A stretch of 58,269 bases of DNA from a virus. Taxonomy: Duplodnaviria; Caudoviricetes. The stretch lies in IMG/VR virus record IMGVR_UViG_3300028920_000079, positions 1 through 58,269 of that record; one strand, written 5' to 3'. This document shows, in pieces, positions 34,630-44,398 of this stretch. The first letter of the stretch is position 1. Every line of letters begins with the position of its first letter. The translations under genes were made by a program, and so were the position numbers. The notes under the pieces are model-generated. The model was given only the letters and a program-made list of their open reading frames with translations. It made no database searches and had not been told where the DNA came from.

Positions 34630-35715
34630 TCATGGTAAGTACTCGTCATAGCCATGCAGTTTGTTTGATCCGTCGATGTATGCATTGTCCGAGTCAACGT
34701 ACACTCGAAATGACGGGATGTGCTGGTCCGCGCCGATGTCCCATGTGTCGTTTTCGGCGTCCCGGTCTCTGCCGTCGATGTCGATATTTACGCCTGTGGG
34801 TGTTGTTCCGAGATCCTGACCCGCATGAACAAGTTTCGCTCCCGGTTTAAGGTGCAAATCTTCAGAACCTGTGACAGTCGAAACAAACGTGTTTGCTGGA
34901 ATAACGCCTGTAAGAGTGTTGGCACCCTTGCCGCTGATCGTACCATCCTCATCAGCATTGTTGCTGAAGTTTGCGTAACCGCTGCCGGAATTGATTACCC
35001 AGTCCGCGCCCTCATTGCCACCTGAATAAACATTGCGATATTCGGAACCTCCATTGTAATTGAGTCCACGATTAACACCGCTTGAACCATGGCAATGAAA
35101 GATCACACAGTTAAAAATGTTGCAGCCTGAGCCACTGGCAGACATTACCGAGTTTGCATTGGATTGACCTGTATTGTTCTCCATGTGATAGGCTATGCAA
35201 TTAGCTGCAATGTCATTCGGATAGAAACAAGAGGTTGTTGTTGAAGATGTTTTGCGAATTCCGTGAACTATCAAATTGTAAAAGTCAGCACCGGCTGTTC
35301 CCCGAACAGCATAAGTCACATTTTGCAAATTCGCATCGACTTCCAACCATCTAATCTTTGCAAGAGCAACACTGGCAAACAGGATGTCAGTCACGCCGCC
35401 TGTGGATTTGACTATTCTTGCACCTGTTCCCGCCGTTCCGTCGTGCCGATCTGCCGCGACAACAGTCAATGTTACTGATACTAATCCGACAGTACCACCG
35501 CCGTTGATAGTGACAGATTCATTAAATGCGCTATCGTTGTAGCATTCACCTACAGCAGCATCACCCGCTGAATAGATGTTCGTCTTGTCCAAATCGGCCT
35601 CCCATAGGGTTATCGTAGAATAATCCCGGCCAGACGTTCCAATGCTCTTCGTAACCGTTGCAGCCCTGCACTGCACCGCCACCATCACCAACAGTATGAC
35701 AACCCATCGCTTCAT
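34630..35715 (-). CDS. Signal-peptide-bearing beta-helix (tailspike-like) protein
   Basis: MKRWVVILLVMVAVQCRA|A; RDYSTI..WE; DLHLK..DIDG..R..WDIGADQ. Confidence 0.7.
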   Translation of the reverse strand: MKRWVVILLVMVAVQCRAATVTKSIGTSGRDYSTITLWEADLDKTNIYSAGDAAVGECYNDSAFNESVTINGGGTVGLVSVTLTVVAADRHDGTAGTGARIVKSTGGVTDILFASVALAKIRWLEVDANLQNVTYAVRGTAGADFYNLIVHGIRKTSSTTTSCFYPNDIAANCIAYHMENNTGQSNANSVMSASGSGCNIFNCVIFHCHGSSGVNRGLNYNGGSEYRNVYSGGNEGADWVINSGSGYANFSNNADEDGTISGKGANTLTGVIPANTFVSTVTGSEDLHLKPGAKLVHAGQDLGTTPTGVNIDIDGRDRDAENDTWDIGADQHIPSFRVYVDSDNAYIDGSNKLHGYDEYLP

Positions 35716-36572
35716 CGTATCACCTCGACCGCTTTTGCTTTCAGAACGTTCTTGAGTTTGATCGCTGACTTCGTTTTGCGATAGTCTTTCTTCTTGCTCA
35801 CATTCTCAATGTCAGCCTTTTCTGCCTCCGAAAAGCCCAAATCATTCTTGTAGTCGAGCCTGTTCTTGCGCTTCTTCAACATCACCGGTTCTTCGTCTTC
35901 ATCTTCCGGTTCGCTCATCAGCGGTGCCATTGCATCGGAAGCTTCTGCATCCGTCATATCGTCAACCTTCAATGCTAGATGCTGCTTTAATTCACGCTCG
36001 GTATACGGAAACTGCGTATAGTCTTTCCGGTCATACGCCGTGTTCTGCTCGATCAGATCCCACATGACATTCAGATCATCTTGACTTGGCGTAACCGCAC
36101 CACCGTACCAATACTCTGCACCGGGTGTTCCGAAGATAAGATGCTGCTTCGATTTCAACCTGCGTTGAAGAAATAAAGGCACATTCATATACTCGCCGTC
36201 TGAATTCGGCTTGTTGCTCAACACCTCAACCGCATCGGTCGCCAACGTAACACGCTGGATCTCATACTTGCTTATGCGCCGAAAGACATACTTGGAACGC
36301 TTCTGCATCCATGCGTCAAGCACTGTGCCTGCCGCTCGCAACCCGTGTTTGTTGAATCCAAAATTACGCTTGTTGCAGATGTTACTGACATGCACTTCCG
36401 CAATACGCCGATCATTAGCAGCATGTAGAATATCGCCGTCCTTGTATTGCGGACCATTGCCAACGTGTACTATGACGTCAGCCGCAGATGCAAACAAGAG
36501 ACACATCTTGATGATGCTCAGAATCGTGACTGCGTAAACGATCATTAGTGTGACTGTGTATCGTGATCTCAT
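35712..36572 (-). CDS. Signal-peptide-bearing tail-associated protein
   Basis: Hydrophobic N-terminus ending ASA|A; YKDGDI. Confidence 0.6.
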   Translation of the reverse strand: MRSRYTVTLMIVYAVTILSIIKMCLLFASAADVIVHVGNGPQYKDGDILHAANDRRIAEVHVSNICNKRNFGFNKHGLRAAGTVLDAWMQKRSKYVFRRISKYEIQRVTLATDAVEVLSNKPNSDGEYMNVPLFLQRRLKSKQHLIFGTPGAEYWYGGAVTPSQDDLNVMWDLIEQNTAYDRKDYTQFPYTERELKQHLALKVDDMTDAEASDAMAPLMSEPEDEDEEPVMLKKRKNRLDYKNDLGFSEAEKADIENVSKKKDYRKTKSAIKLKNVLKAKAVEVIR

Positions 36573-36584
36573 ATCGTGTTATCC

Positions 36585-39530
36585 TCAGAATGCGTAGTGA
36601 ACCTGAACATGCTCAACTGCGTTCGTGTACGGAACAACGTTCGTCTGGGAATCGTAAAAGATGCCTGTGTGCTCATTCAAGGTATAGCCGTCCTTGACGC
36701 GCCACTGCCATGTGCTTGCAATTATCTCATTAGTAGTCAGTCCCACTTCAGGATTGACCTGATACCGATTAACATAGGTAGAGTACAAGTCGTTCGTTGT
36801 AATGGGCGTAATGTTCGTTACCATGGTTCCGGCCACTATGTTATACACCTGACCGCTATTAGGAATATAACCGTACTGTGCCTTCGTTCCATTGATATTG
36901 GCGAAGAAGGTCATAATGCCACCCAACTTGCTAGGTGGTATATCACGCTTGGCAAACTCTACGATTTCCGGCAACGTCGTTATTTCGTAGTGGACATACT
37001 TCGGGTCGGTGCCGCCGGAGAATGTCGCTTTGCCGGTTACGCGCATGGTGCCGTTGACGTCAAGTCCATAGGATGGGGTTGTGTCATTGATACCAACATA
37101 GCCCGGATTATCCAAGGTCAGAACAGTTTTTGAATCACCATCATCCTGTATTTGAAACATCATCCTCGAATCTTCTGTTCCCGTGGTAACATCCTCTGTG
37201 ATAACAAGTATCTCTGCCATTTCCTGTAATGTTGTATCAGTAATTGAATGATTAAAGATTAACCGTCCAACCGTATCACCATCAGCAGGAGATGGAGTAA
37301 CTTTATCGAAGGAAATAGCCGCGCCTCCTGTGCCAGAGATATTAGCAGCAAGTCTCATCATCGTACTGCTACTACTCTCTACTTCAAAAGTTGTGCTTGG
37401 TGGATTCGTCCCAATCCCCACCATGCCATTCGTCACATACAGCGTGTCGTCAATGTTTGCAGTGCCGTTGACGTGCAGCTTGGCTTCGGGCGAGGATGTG
37501 CCGATTCCGACCTTGCCATTCAGATCAATAATCAATCCGTTGACGCTTGCGCCCCAGCTTAATCCCGTAACGAACTTGAATACATCCAAACTATCGTCGT
37601 AACCAGCCCAGCACCATCTATTGTCACTTTCCGAATCGGTCCGGAATTGCAAAACAGAATCATTAGTACTCGTATTAGTAATCCTGATATATTGTGGAGT
37701 TGAACCGCTAACCTCAAGATGCGTTCCCGGACTTGCAGTCCCAATCCCCACGTTACTGTTCGTCACATACAGCGTGTCGTCGAGATTAAGCCGCCCCGTC
37801 TGATCGTCAATCTTGCCACCCTGCATCAGCAGTTGACCGGACAACTTCTGCGATCCGACAACATGCAGGTTCGTACTGGGTGTCGTCGTTCCGATTCCGA
37901 CATGGCCGTGATTATTGATCCGCATACGTTCTTCAGGTGCTGTTTGGGGTTGCTGATGAAAACGATCTTCTGGCGTAAAGAATGCCAATGCCATATCATC
38001 ACCATAATTATACTCAGAGAAACAAACAATACGACACCGCTTGAAGTCATTATCTTCATCAATTTGAAAATCTAATGAAATGCCAGCATTCGTTGTATCT
38101 TGATGATGCGTGTTCTGCAATCGAATGGCCTCCCAAATAGTTGCTTCATCTTTTTGTATATGCAGCGATTCACGCGGTATGTTCGTCCCAACGCCAACAT
38201 TGCTATTCGTCACATACAGTGTGTCTCCGAAGTTCGCAACCGTTGCTTCAACCGGACTGCCCTGCCTGAGTATCTGTCCTGAACTAACTGTATCGCTCGC
38301 TATAAGAACACCGTTGCTGCTCCAAATACGGTTTGCACCATAATAAGTCGAGCCAGTGGCCCCAAGGAACGTATTCAAGTATGGCGTGATAAATGATCCT
38401 AATGATAATGTGTTGCTACCATTCGGAAAAATGTCGCCACCGACGGTAAACCCTGCATCCCGCTCAGCCGTCCACACTGGATCAATCTCATCGCTCGACC
38501 CGAAACCGGGTGTCTCAAGGCGTGTGTGATACGGATGGCCCAAGTATGTCACCACCGTCGCACCGGCCCCCTGTGCGGCGCGCACCAGATAATAAGTCAC
38601 GCCGACATACAGACTGCTGTTCGTAATCGCCGTATCATTCGCCGCGCTCACGCGGTATTCAGCAATCGCCCCGCCGATCTCGCCGCTCAAATTGGACGTA
38701 TCAATGATGTTCGTTGTTGCGCCATTGTCATCGGAATAAAATAATTCAATGTATCCCTGAACAGTGCTATTTCCCACTGTTTTTTCAGCCGCAAAGACAC
38801 CCTCGTAATTGCCTTGCTTTATCACTTCGACAGGATTAGTATAAATAAAACTTCCTATCAAATTAGTGCCAGCACCCAACACGTTCGTCACAGCCGTTGC
38901 CGTTTCGTGAGCAGTAATCAGCGAACTCGCCCCGGCAATCACCGGATGCGCCGTCAAACTGCCGTACAGATCCAGAACCGACAGATCCGCGAACAGATCA
39001 TAGACCTGTGCCCTATTGATCAACTGGTTCGTCACGCTGGCATACGGACCGTACAGCCCGATCGTCAACGTGTCGCCGTCATCCAGCTTATTCGTGCAGG
39101 CCGTGTCAGCGTAAACTTTCGCCGTGTCAAGCGTCGTGTTCGTAGCCGTCGCAACGGTGGTATCGGTGTATGACTTGGCCGCGGTCAGCGTGGTATTTGT
39201 TGCAGTCGTTACAGTAGTATCAGTGTACGACTTCGCCGCGGTCAGCGTCGTGTTCGTCGCCGTATTGATCGTTGTATCAGTGTATGATTTCGCCGTAGTC
39301 AACGTCAGGTTCGTAGCTGTATCAACATAAATCTTCGTTGCCGCATCGTTAGTGGCAACAGGTTCGCCTAGTCCCGTAATCTTATAATCGTTCAATTTAA
39401 GATCCTCGGTAGCATCAATACCCGTTGCTCTAATCAACTGCCGCCCGTCCTTTAGACTTATGCCCGCATTCACACCTGCAACAATTGCGAGTAACAGAGC
39501 AAATCCACAAAGCGTTTTGACTATCTTCAT
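36585..39530 (-). CDS. Tail fibre / receptor-binding protein with signal peptide
   Basis: MKIVK..LLLAIVAGVNA|G; 18-aa TATNTTLTAAKSYTD coiled-coil repeats; repeated N(V)GIGT..P...L.V.G. Confidence 0.8.
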   Translation of the reverse strand: MKIVKTLCGFALLLAIVAGVNAGISLKDGRQLIRATGIDATEDLKLNDYKITGLGEPVATNDAATKIYVDTATNLTLTTAKSYTDTTINTATNTTLTAAKSYTDTTVTTATNTTLTAAKSYTDTTVATATNTTLDTAKVYADTACTNKLDDGDTLTIGLYGPYASVTNQLINRAQVYDLFADLSVLDLYGSLTAHPVIAGASSLITAHETATAVTNVLGAGTNLIGSFIYTNPVEVIKQGNYEGVFAAEKTVGNSTVQGYIELFYSDDNGATTNIIDTSNLSGEIGGAIAEYRVSAANDTAITNSSLYVGVTYYLVRAAQGAGATVVTYLGHPYHTRLETPGFGSSDEIDPVWTAERDAGFTVGGDIFPNGSNTLSLGSFITPYLNTFLGATGSTYYGANRIWSSNGVLIASDTVSSGQILRQGSPVEATVANFGDTLYVTNSNVGVGTNIPRESLHIQKDEATIWEAIRLQNTHHQDTTNAGISLDFQIDEDNDFKRCRIVCFSEYNYGDDMALAFFTPEDRFHQQPQTAPEERMRINNHGHVGIGTTTPSTNLHVVGSQKLSGQLLMQGGKIDDQTGRLNLDDTLYVTNSNVGIGTASPGTHLEVSGSTPQYIRITNTSTNDSVLQFRTDSESDNRWCWAGYDDSLDVFKFVTGLSWGASVNGLIIDLNGKVGIGTSSPEAKLHVNGTANIDDTLYVTNGMVGIGTNPPSTTFEVESSSSTMMRLAANISGTGGAAISFDKVTPSPADGDTVGRLIFNHSITDTTLQEMAEILVITEDVTTGTEDSRMMFQIQDDGDSKTVLTLDNPGYVGINDTTPSYGLDVNGTMRVTGKATFSGGTDPKYVHYEITTLPEIVEFAKRDIPPSKLGGIMTFFANINGTKAQYGYIPNSGQVYNIVAGTMVTNITPITTNDLYSTYVNRYQVNPEVGLTTNEIIASTWQWRVKDGYTLNEHTGIFYDSQTNVVPYTNAVEHVQVHYAF
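39113..39327 (-). repeat. Four ~54-bp tandem repeats in the tail fibre
   Basis: DT(T)..TATN(T/L)TL..AK(S/V)Y, four times. Confidence 0.8.
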
Positions 39531-39553
39531 AATTCCCATTCCTTTATTTGTTC

Positions 39554-40615
39554 TTATTCGGCAAGTCGCCATATACCAAAAAATACATTGTTCAATCCAA
39601 CGATTGCATTTGTGCTTCCATCGGAATTCGCATGAATAGTGACATTATAATCAGTAAATAGCTGAACAGGCCCATATAGCATAGCAATATCTTTAGAATC
39701 GTCGGCAGTCATAGGTGTGCGCCACCGAACCATTTGTTCTCCATTTGTATAAATATAACCATACAATGCTTGTGATCCGGGGTTTTCAGTAAATCGAAGA
39801 CGAGCATTAACCATATAATAACCATCTTGACTTACTTCGTATAAATTTGTTCCGTTATAGTTTCCATCAGTATCGGTTACTTCGGTTTCAAAATTCACAC
39901 GAGTAATAACACCATTAGCGATATTTTGCTGAGTGCTTTTAGTTGCAAAGAAAAATGGCGTATTCGCTTCATCCGAACTGTTCGTATCCAAGGCAGGATA
40001 GGCATTAGTCATATCATCAGCTAGTGTCGTCTTGTCGGTATACAGATCCGAATACGCATTAGTCATCCAATCGGCCATGTTGTTCGTTATACTAACCGTT
40101 GTGCTGTAGTTGGAAAAGGTTGATACCATTTCGTTAGACAATGACGTTACCTGAGTATTGACATATGTCACAGAAGCCAATGAATCCGTAACAATAGCAC
40201 CATCACCTATGTCATACTGCCCGGTATCGCCCCAGTCGGGCCAACGATAAATGAATGAAGCCGTACCTGTAGCATTACCATTACCCTTGAAAATCAAGTA
40301 AGGACCAGCAACAAGCGGATTAGTGTTGAATCTGACAATACAGTTATTCGTAATATCAAGGCAACTATCGTCAGTAACGCAAACAGTGATATTCGATGGA
40401 AAGGTTACGTTGGTAGTAATAAGCCAATCACCGCCGTCCAGTACGAAACGTGCATCTCTTGTGCCGAATTTTGTAATCATGTTCGTAAGCGTTGTCGCAT
40501 TCTTGCTTCCGTATTCCTTAACAGAAATCCAGCTAGAAGGCGTCGTGTCGCTACTCGCTACAACCAGTCCAACAATTGCGTACAGCGTGATAAGAAGAAT
40601 TAAAGCTTTTTTCAT
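39554..40615 (-). CDS. Signal-peptide-bearing fibre protein with C1q-like C-terminal domain
   Basis: MKKALILLITLYAIVGLVVA|S; F.A...Q....V.F.TE..D....Y...GYY.V....F.G. Confidence 0.7.
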   Translation of the reverse strand: MKKALILLITLYAIVGLVVASSDTTPSSWISVKEYGSKNATTLTNMITKFGTRDARFVLDGGDWLITTNVTFPSNITVCVTDDSCLDITNNCIVRFNTNPLVAGPYLIFKGNGNATGTASFIYRWPDWGDTGQYDIGDGAIVTDSLASVTYVNTQVTSLSNEMVSTFSNYSTTVSITNNMADWMTNAYSDLYTDKTTLADDMTNAYPALDTNSSDEANTPFFFATKSTQQNIANGVITRVNFETEVTDTDGNYNGTNLYEVSQDGYYMVNARLRFTENPGSQALYGYIYTNGEQMVRWRTPMTADDSKDIAMLYGPVQLFTDYNVTIHANSDGSTNAIVGLNNVFFGIWRLAE

Positions 40616-40627
40616 TTGTGCCCTCTA

Positions 40628-40984
40628 TTATGCAAAGGTTATTGCCGAAGATACGCCAACAGGACCAAGTACAACGCCTGCCAAGTACCATGTCCCTGTC
40701 CCGCTATGCGTAAAGGTTTTTGTCAGTACACCGCTCGAATTAGTTACTTCGTACCAAAGCGTCTCTGTATCGCCGTCAGGTGGAACCGCACTCAGTTCGC
40801 CGGGCGTAGTCGAAGCGTCGATAAGCCAGAGCCTAAGCAGATAATATCCCGTCTCGTCCACTGTTATCGTAACTGTAATCGAATCTGAAGTCTCATCACC
40901 GACACTGATAATGAATGGTGTATTCGGCGAAACAGTGCTGGCCCTGACCGCAAGACCTGTTAATGTATCTGAACAGCATGACAT
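40628..40984 (-). CDS. Small beta-rich structural protein
   Basis: Position in tail module. Confidence 0.5.
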   Translation of the reverse strand: MSCCSDTLTGLAVRASTVSPNTPFIISVGDETSDSITVTITVDETGYYLLRLWLIDASTTPGELSAVPPDGDTETLWYEVTNSSGVLTKTFTHSGTGTWYLAGVVLGPVGVSSAITFA

Positions 40985-40998
40985 ATCGGCTCTCCTAT

Positions 40999-41364
40999 TT
41001 AGAAATCATCTACTACTTTGACAGGGAACGTCGATGCCGTGTCCGACGAGGCACCGTCCCAATAATAGTAATTAACTGTCTGTATCTCACCGTCAAACGA
41101 AACAGATAGTTCTATTTCGTAATTACCCTCGTCTACATCCAAAGTGTCTGTATCCCAATCCATCTGGACCCAGCCGGTAGCACCTGATCCAACCTTGCTG
41201 CAGGTAATCGTATCGAGCACTGTGGTTGTACCCTTCTCTCGAAACTTTGCGGTAATAGAAGTCGTAGACGGACTCAGGTCAACAGCAACATCTGCTTGAA
41301 TATCGCGGATTTGAAGATAAAGTGACGGCCTGTCATCACCTGCATGTACTCGTAGTTTATCCAT
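40999..41364 (-). CDS. BppU-N-like (Ig-like) tail protein
   Basis: GD.RP.L..VDL...G.V..W..L..G.YE.E..F.V.DDF. Confidence 0.6.
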   Translation of the reverse strand: MDKLRVHAGDDRPSLYLQIRDIQADVAVDLSPSTTSITAKFREKGTTTVLDTITCSKVGSGATGWVQMDWDTDTLDVDEGNYEIELSVSFDGEIQTVNYYYWDGASSDTASTFPVKVVDDF

Positions 41365-41378
41365 TGTATAGTCCCTCG

Positions 41379-42005
41379 TTAAAAGCTATCGGTATTAACC
41401 GCTCTCGACCTCGGTACAAAACCAAATGCAGGTTGTGCCCGCAAACCAACATTCAAGCTTCCGCGTGTTCGCTCGATGTTAGCCGCTGACATTCCGCGTA
41501 TCCAAAATTGTCTGTGGAAAGTTGAACCTTCTTTGTCAGTCCATGTCTTGTTGGGATATGCCTTAAGGTACATAAGAACGCCGTGTACCCATGATCGGCG
41601 GTAATCGGCATACTGTCTGTCGCATACTTTGGTAGCAGTAGACTTTAGCCGTAACGCAACTTTGACTACAAGACCGCTGGCTATATCTGCCTGCGGTTCA
41701 TCTTCCAGTTCTATAGTTGTCTTGGTTCCAACCTTGAGCTTGTAGTCTTCTACTTCCTGCAGGTATGTGTCCTGTTGCTTGACAGAGCGTACAAGGAAAA
41801 TCTCTGCACAACTCTCTGGACTGTCTAGTTCGTATTCTGTCTTATCTTCGCGGATATTGATTGCGTCTAAAGTAGCTTGCCAGTTAAGCGTTTCTTCATT
41901 GAACTCAATGATAACGTCTCGAATAACATCGAGCATCAAGGCTTGAGGACAACCCGGTAATTCGGTAACAAGGTACTTGTACAATGAAGATAGTTCTGTA
42001 GCCAT
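41379..42005 (-). CDS. Head-tail adaptor / tail tubular protein A-like
   Basis: ELPGCP..IR..IEF..T..W..P...W. Confidence 0.7.
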   Translation of the reverse strand: MATELSSLYKYLVTELPGCPQALMLDVIRDVIIEFNEETLNWQATLDAINIREDKTEYELDSPESCAEIFLVRSVKQQDTYLQEVEDYKLKVGTKTTIELEDEPQADIASGLVVKVALRLKSTATKVCDRQYADYRRSWVHGVLMYLKAYPNKTWTDKEGSTFHRQFWIRGMSAANIERTRGSLNVGLRAQPAFGFVPRSRAVNTDSF

Positions 42006-42340
42006 TATGCTAACTCTCCCGCAAAGTAGGTACGATACGTAGCCGCAAGATTCATGTTGACACTATCTTCTGAATCTTTGGATAAAGCGCGAAAGGCTAC
42101 ATAGTACAGTAACGTATCTATGTAGTCATCGCTGATAGATAGAATATCATCGGTCTCTGTAATGGCACTAGGTGCCGTTGTTGTTACAGAGCTTACGTAG
42201 AAAGCTTCTGGATGCCGACGCCAAATCTGATTCTGACCATCCGTAATGTAGGTCATCAGTTCTGTATCGTCATAACGATACTCTTCTACTTCGTCAGATA
42301 TGAGTTCTCGAACACGAGAAATAAAACCTGAAACAAGCAT
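42005..42340 (-). CDS. Head-tail adaptor-like protein
   Basis: VR.L..D...RY.D.EL..YI..RP-like..L..YV..RA..KDSE. Confidence 0.65.
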   Translation of the reverse strand: MLVSGFISRVRELISDEVEEYRYDDTELMTYITDGQNQIWRRHPEAFYVSSVTTTAPSAITETDDILSISDDYIDTLLYYVAFRALSKDSEDSVNMNLAATYRTYFAGELA

Positions 42341-42352
42341 TTAACCCTCAAC

Positions 42353-42898
42353 TCAAGTTGAGGCTTCGGCAAGAGAAATCGCAGCTTTGAGCTTATCTGC
42401 ACTAAGACGACAATCTATCTCAAGACCTTTGTCCTGAATGTATGTAACAAGATCAATTTTGCTCATACCGGCAAAACGATCTTCTTCTGTGTTTACAGAT
42501 ATTGCATCTAGTACAGGTTCTACAACAGGTGCTTCCGTCTCTTCGGATTCCTCTTCGGGCTTCTCGTCGTCTTTAATAGACGATTCGTAAGCCTTGATTG
42601 CATCCTCTTGGAACTGCTTCTGTTGTCTCGCTTTGCGAATCTGATCCTCGGATCGGCCACCTCTAACCGCCTCTATCCTCTTCAGCTCTTTGCCGATTCG
42701 CAATAACGCCTCTTCATCCGAAAGTGGCGACATGTCCGAACCTGCGTGTTCTATGCGAGCTAAGTGATGGGGATCAGCCTTATGCACTCGGCCTGTTGCC
42801 TTGATAAGTACATAATTGATATGCCCATATTTCAGTTTTACTTCCTGCATCAGGGGGTCTTTTCTGAATTCTACCGAATCGAAGTCTGCCATAGCCAT
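42353..42898 (-). CDS. Hypothetical protein with C-terminal HeH/Rho-N-like motif
   Basis: MSK.DL..Y...G.EID.R...KL..I. Confidence 0.55.
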   Translation of the reverse strand: MAMADFDSVEFRKDPLMQEVKLKYGHINYVLIKATGRVHKADPHHLARIEHAGSDMSPLSDEEALLRIGKELKRIEAVRGGRSEDQIRKARQQKQFQEDAIKAYESSIKDDEKPEEESEETEAPVVEPVLDAISVNTEEDRFAGMSKIDLVTYIQDKGLEIDCRLSADKLKAAISLAEAST

Positions 42899-42960
42899 GT
42901 TATATAACTCCTAGTTAGCAGGAGCCGGAAGTGTTGGCTTCCGGCCCCCAACCGTATTCT

Positions 42961-43380
42961 TTAGGCAGCTATGTCAACAACCATAAGACGTATTGTCAGC
43001 TTCATCGTGTCTGCAGCATTATTTACCGTTACCAGTATATAATCAGCCGCGTCGTACAATTTGCTAACCGTAGTCGTTACAGTTGTACCGTCGCCACCAT
43101 CACCCATTTTATAGGTGCCGGAATTGCCGTTAGCACCGGTCAAGAACGTAGTAGCAGCATCACTATCGCCTACTTCAAACGTCATTGTCCCGCCTTCCAG
43201 CGTATCAACAATAGCAACCAGCCCGATAACGTAGCTGCCTGCCGGAATCGTAATGTAACGATCCGTATCAGACGCACCCGCGTTATTAGCGGAATAGTCT
43301 ATTGTGTTTTCCAGCACATTTATCCGTCGATGTCCTGTATAAGGTGCACCAGCTTTTACAAGTGAAGTCCTATCAGTCAT
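42961..43380 (-). CDS. Capsid decoration/cement protein
   Basis: Directly after MCP; IPAG..V...VGD...Y.AAD.I. Confidence 0.65.
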   Translation of the reverse strand: MTDRTSLVKAGAPYTGHRRINVLENTIDYSANNAGASDTDRYITIPAGSYVIGLVAIVDTLEGGTMTFEVGDSDAATTFLTGANGNSGTYKMGDGGDGTTVTTTVSKLYDAADYILVTVNNAADTMKLTIRLMVVDIAA

Positions 43381-43419
43381 TTTTTTACTATCCTCTCTGT
43401 GATGTTAATTTACTTGTAA

Positions 43420-44355
43420 TTAGCCCTTATAGGCGTAGAGCCAACCAAGAGCTTCGGCCTTTACAACCTTATACCCGTAGACCTGAAGACCACGATGCAG
43501 TGTTCCAAATCCATTCGGATTAGGCAGCACTTCATTTTCGGTCAACTGACTAGCGAATGTAATCGCGTGATTTGTCCCGAATATGATATTCGTCGCTGTC
43601 TCACCACCGCCATCCGCTGTAGTCGTAAGCAGATTGCTTGAATACAACATGAAGCGATCAATCATACCAACCTTACCATTGCGAGCGATAGACACGCTAT
43701 CACCTGCAAGGGAAGCATCCTTCAGGTCACTCTTCTTGATCATACCCAAGAACCAAGGCGGAACCACCATAAACCTACCGGACTGCGGTACATTCTCTTC
43801 GTCGAGAACGGTGCCACAATCGGTAATAACGTCTATGACGTTAGCGGCAGTTACTTCCAACGGACTACCGGAAACACCAAGGTTGATGTCACCAGACTTG
43901 CGTCCAGCAGTAGAACCCTGATTATCAGAATCAGCATTCGAATAGACGTTCGCAAGAATCTGCGTGTCTATCGTAATCTTCATCTGCTCGGCGGCATCAC
44001 TGGTCCACTTATCAACGTAATCCTTGATGTCGGTCTGTGCAAGATCAACACGATCTGCAACAAACGACCAGCTCTTACCCTGATCTATGTCAAGCGAAGT
44101 CGCCGTGCTTTCCGGCTGTTCGTAGTCAAGAGTCTGACCTTTACGATGCGTATTGATCGTAATATCCGGCAAAGTTCTGATATGAACCTTGTCGCCCTGT
44201 TTTGTTATTGCTCCTTCGTAGTCTGTATTGGTTATATCGCCCAATACCGTATTGTCGTAGAACTTAATTAAAAGTTCGCCAGCCCATACTTCGGGAATGT
44301 AGTCCATAGTTGAACTACCAATGTCCCTAAATCCCGCTGCTGCAGAGTATCCCAT
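43420..44355 (-). CDS. Major capsid protein (HK97 fold, P22-coat-like)
   Basis: IPEVW..NTDYEG.I..GD.VHI..IDQ..LDE.NVP..GRF..GLQVYG.KV. Confidence 0.9.
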   Translation of the reverse strand: MGYSAAAGFRDIGSSTMDYIPEVWAGELLIKFYDNTVLGDITNTDYEGAITKQGDKVHIRTLPDITINTHRKGQTLDYEQPESTATSLDIDQGKSWSFVADRVDLAQTDIKDYVDKWTSDAAEQMKITIDTQILANVYSNADSDNQGSTAGRKSGDINLGVSGSPLEVTAANVIDVITDCGTVLDEENVPQSGRFMVVPPWFLGMIKKSDLKDASLAGDSVSIARNGKVGMIDRFMLYSSNLLTTTADGGGETATNIIFGTNHAITFASQLTENEVLPNPNGFGTLHRGLQVYGYKVVKAEALGWLYAYKG

Positions 44356-44398
44356 TATCCACATCCTCTCTTATACAGCACCGGTTTCCCTGCAAGAG

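Noticed and set aside
36585-39530. Diversity-generating retroelement or invertible fibre tips
   Set aside because: No reverse transcriptase, no adenine-specific TR/VR pair and no inverted tip cassettes seen; the repeats are ordinary in-frame fibre repeats.
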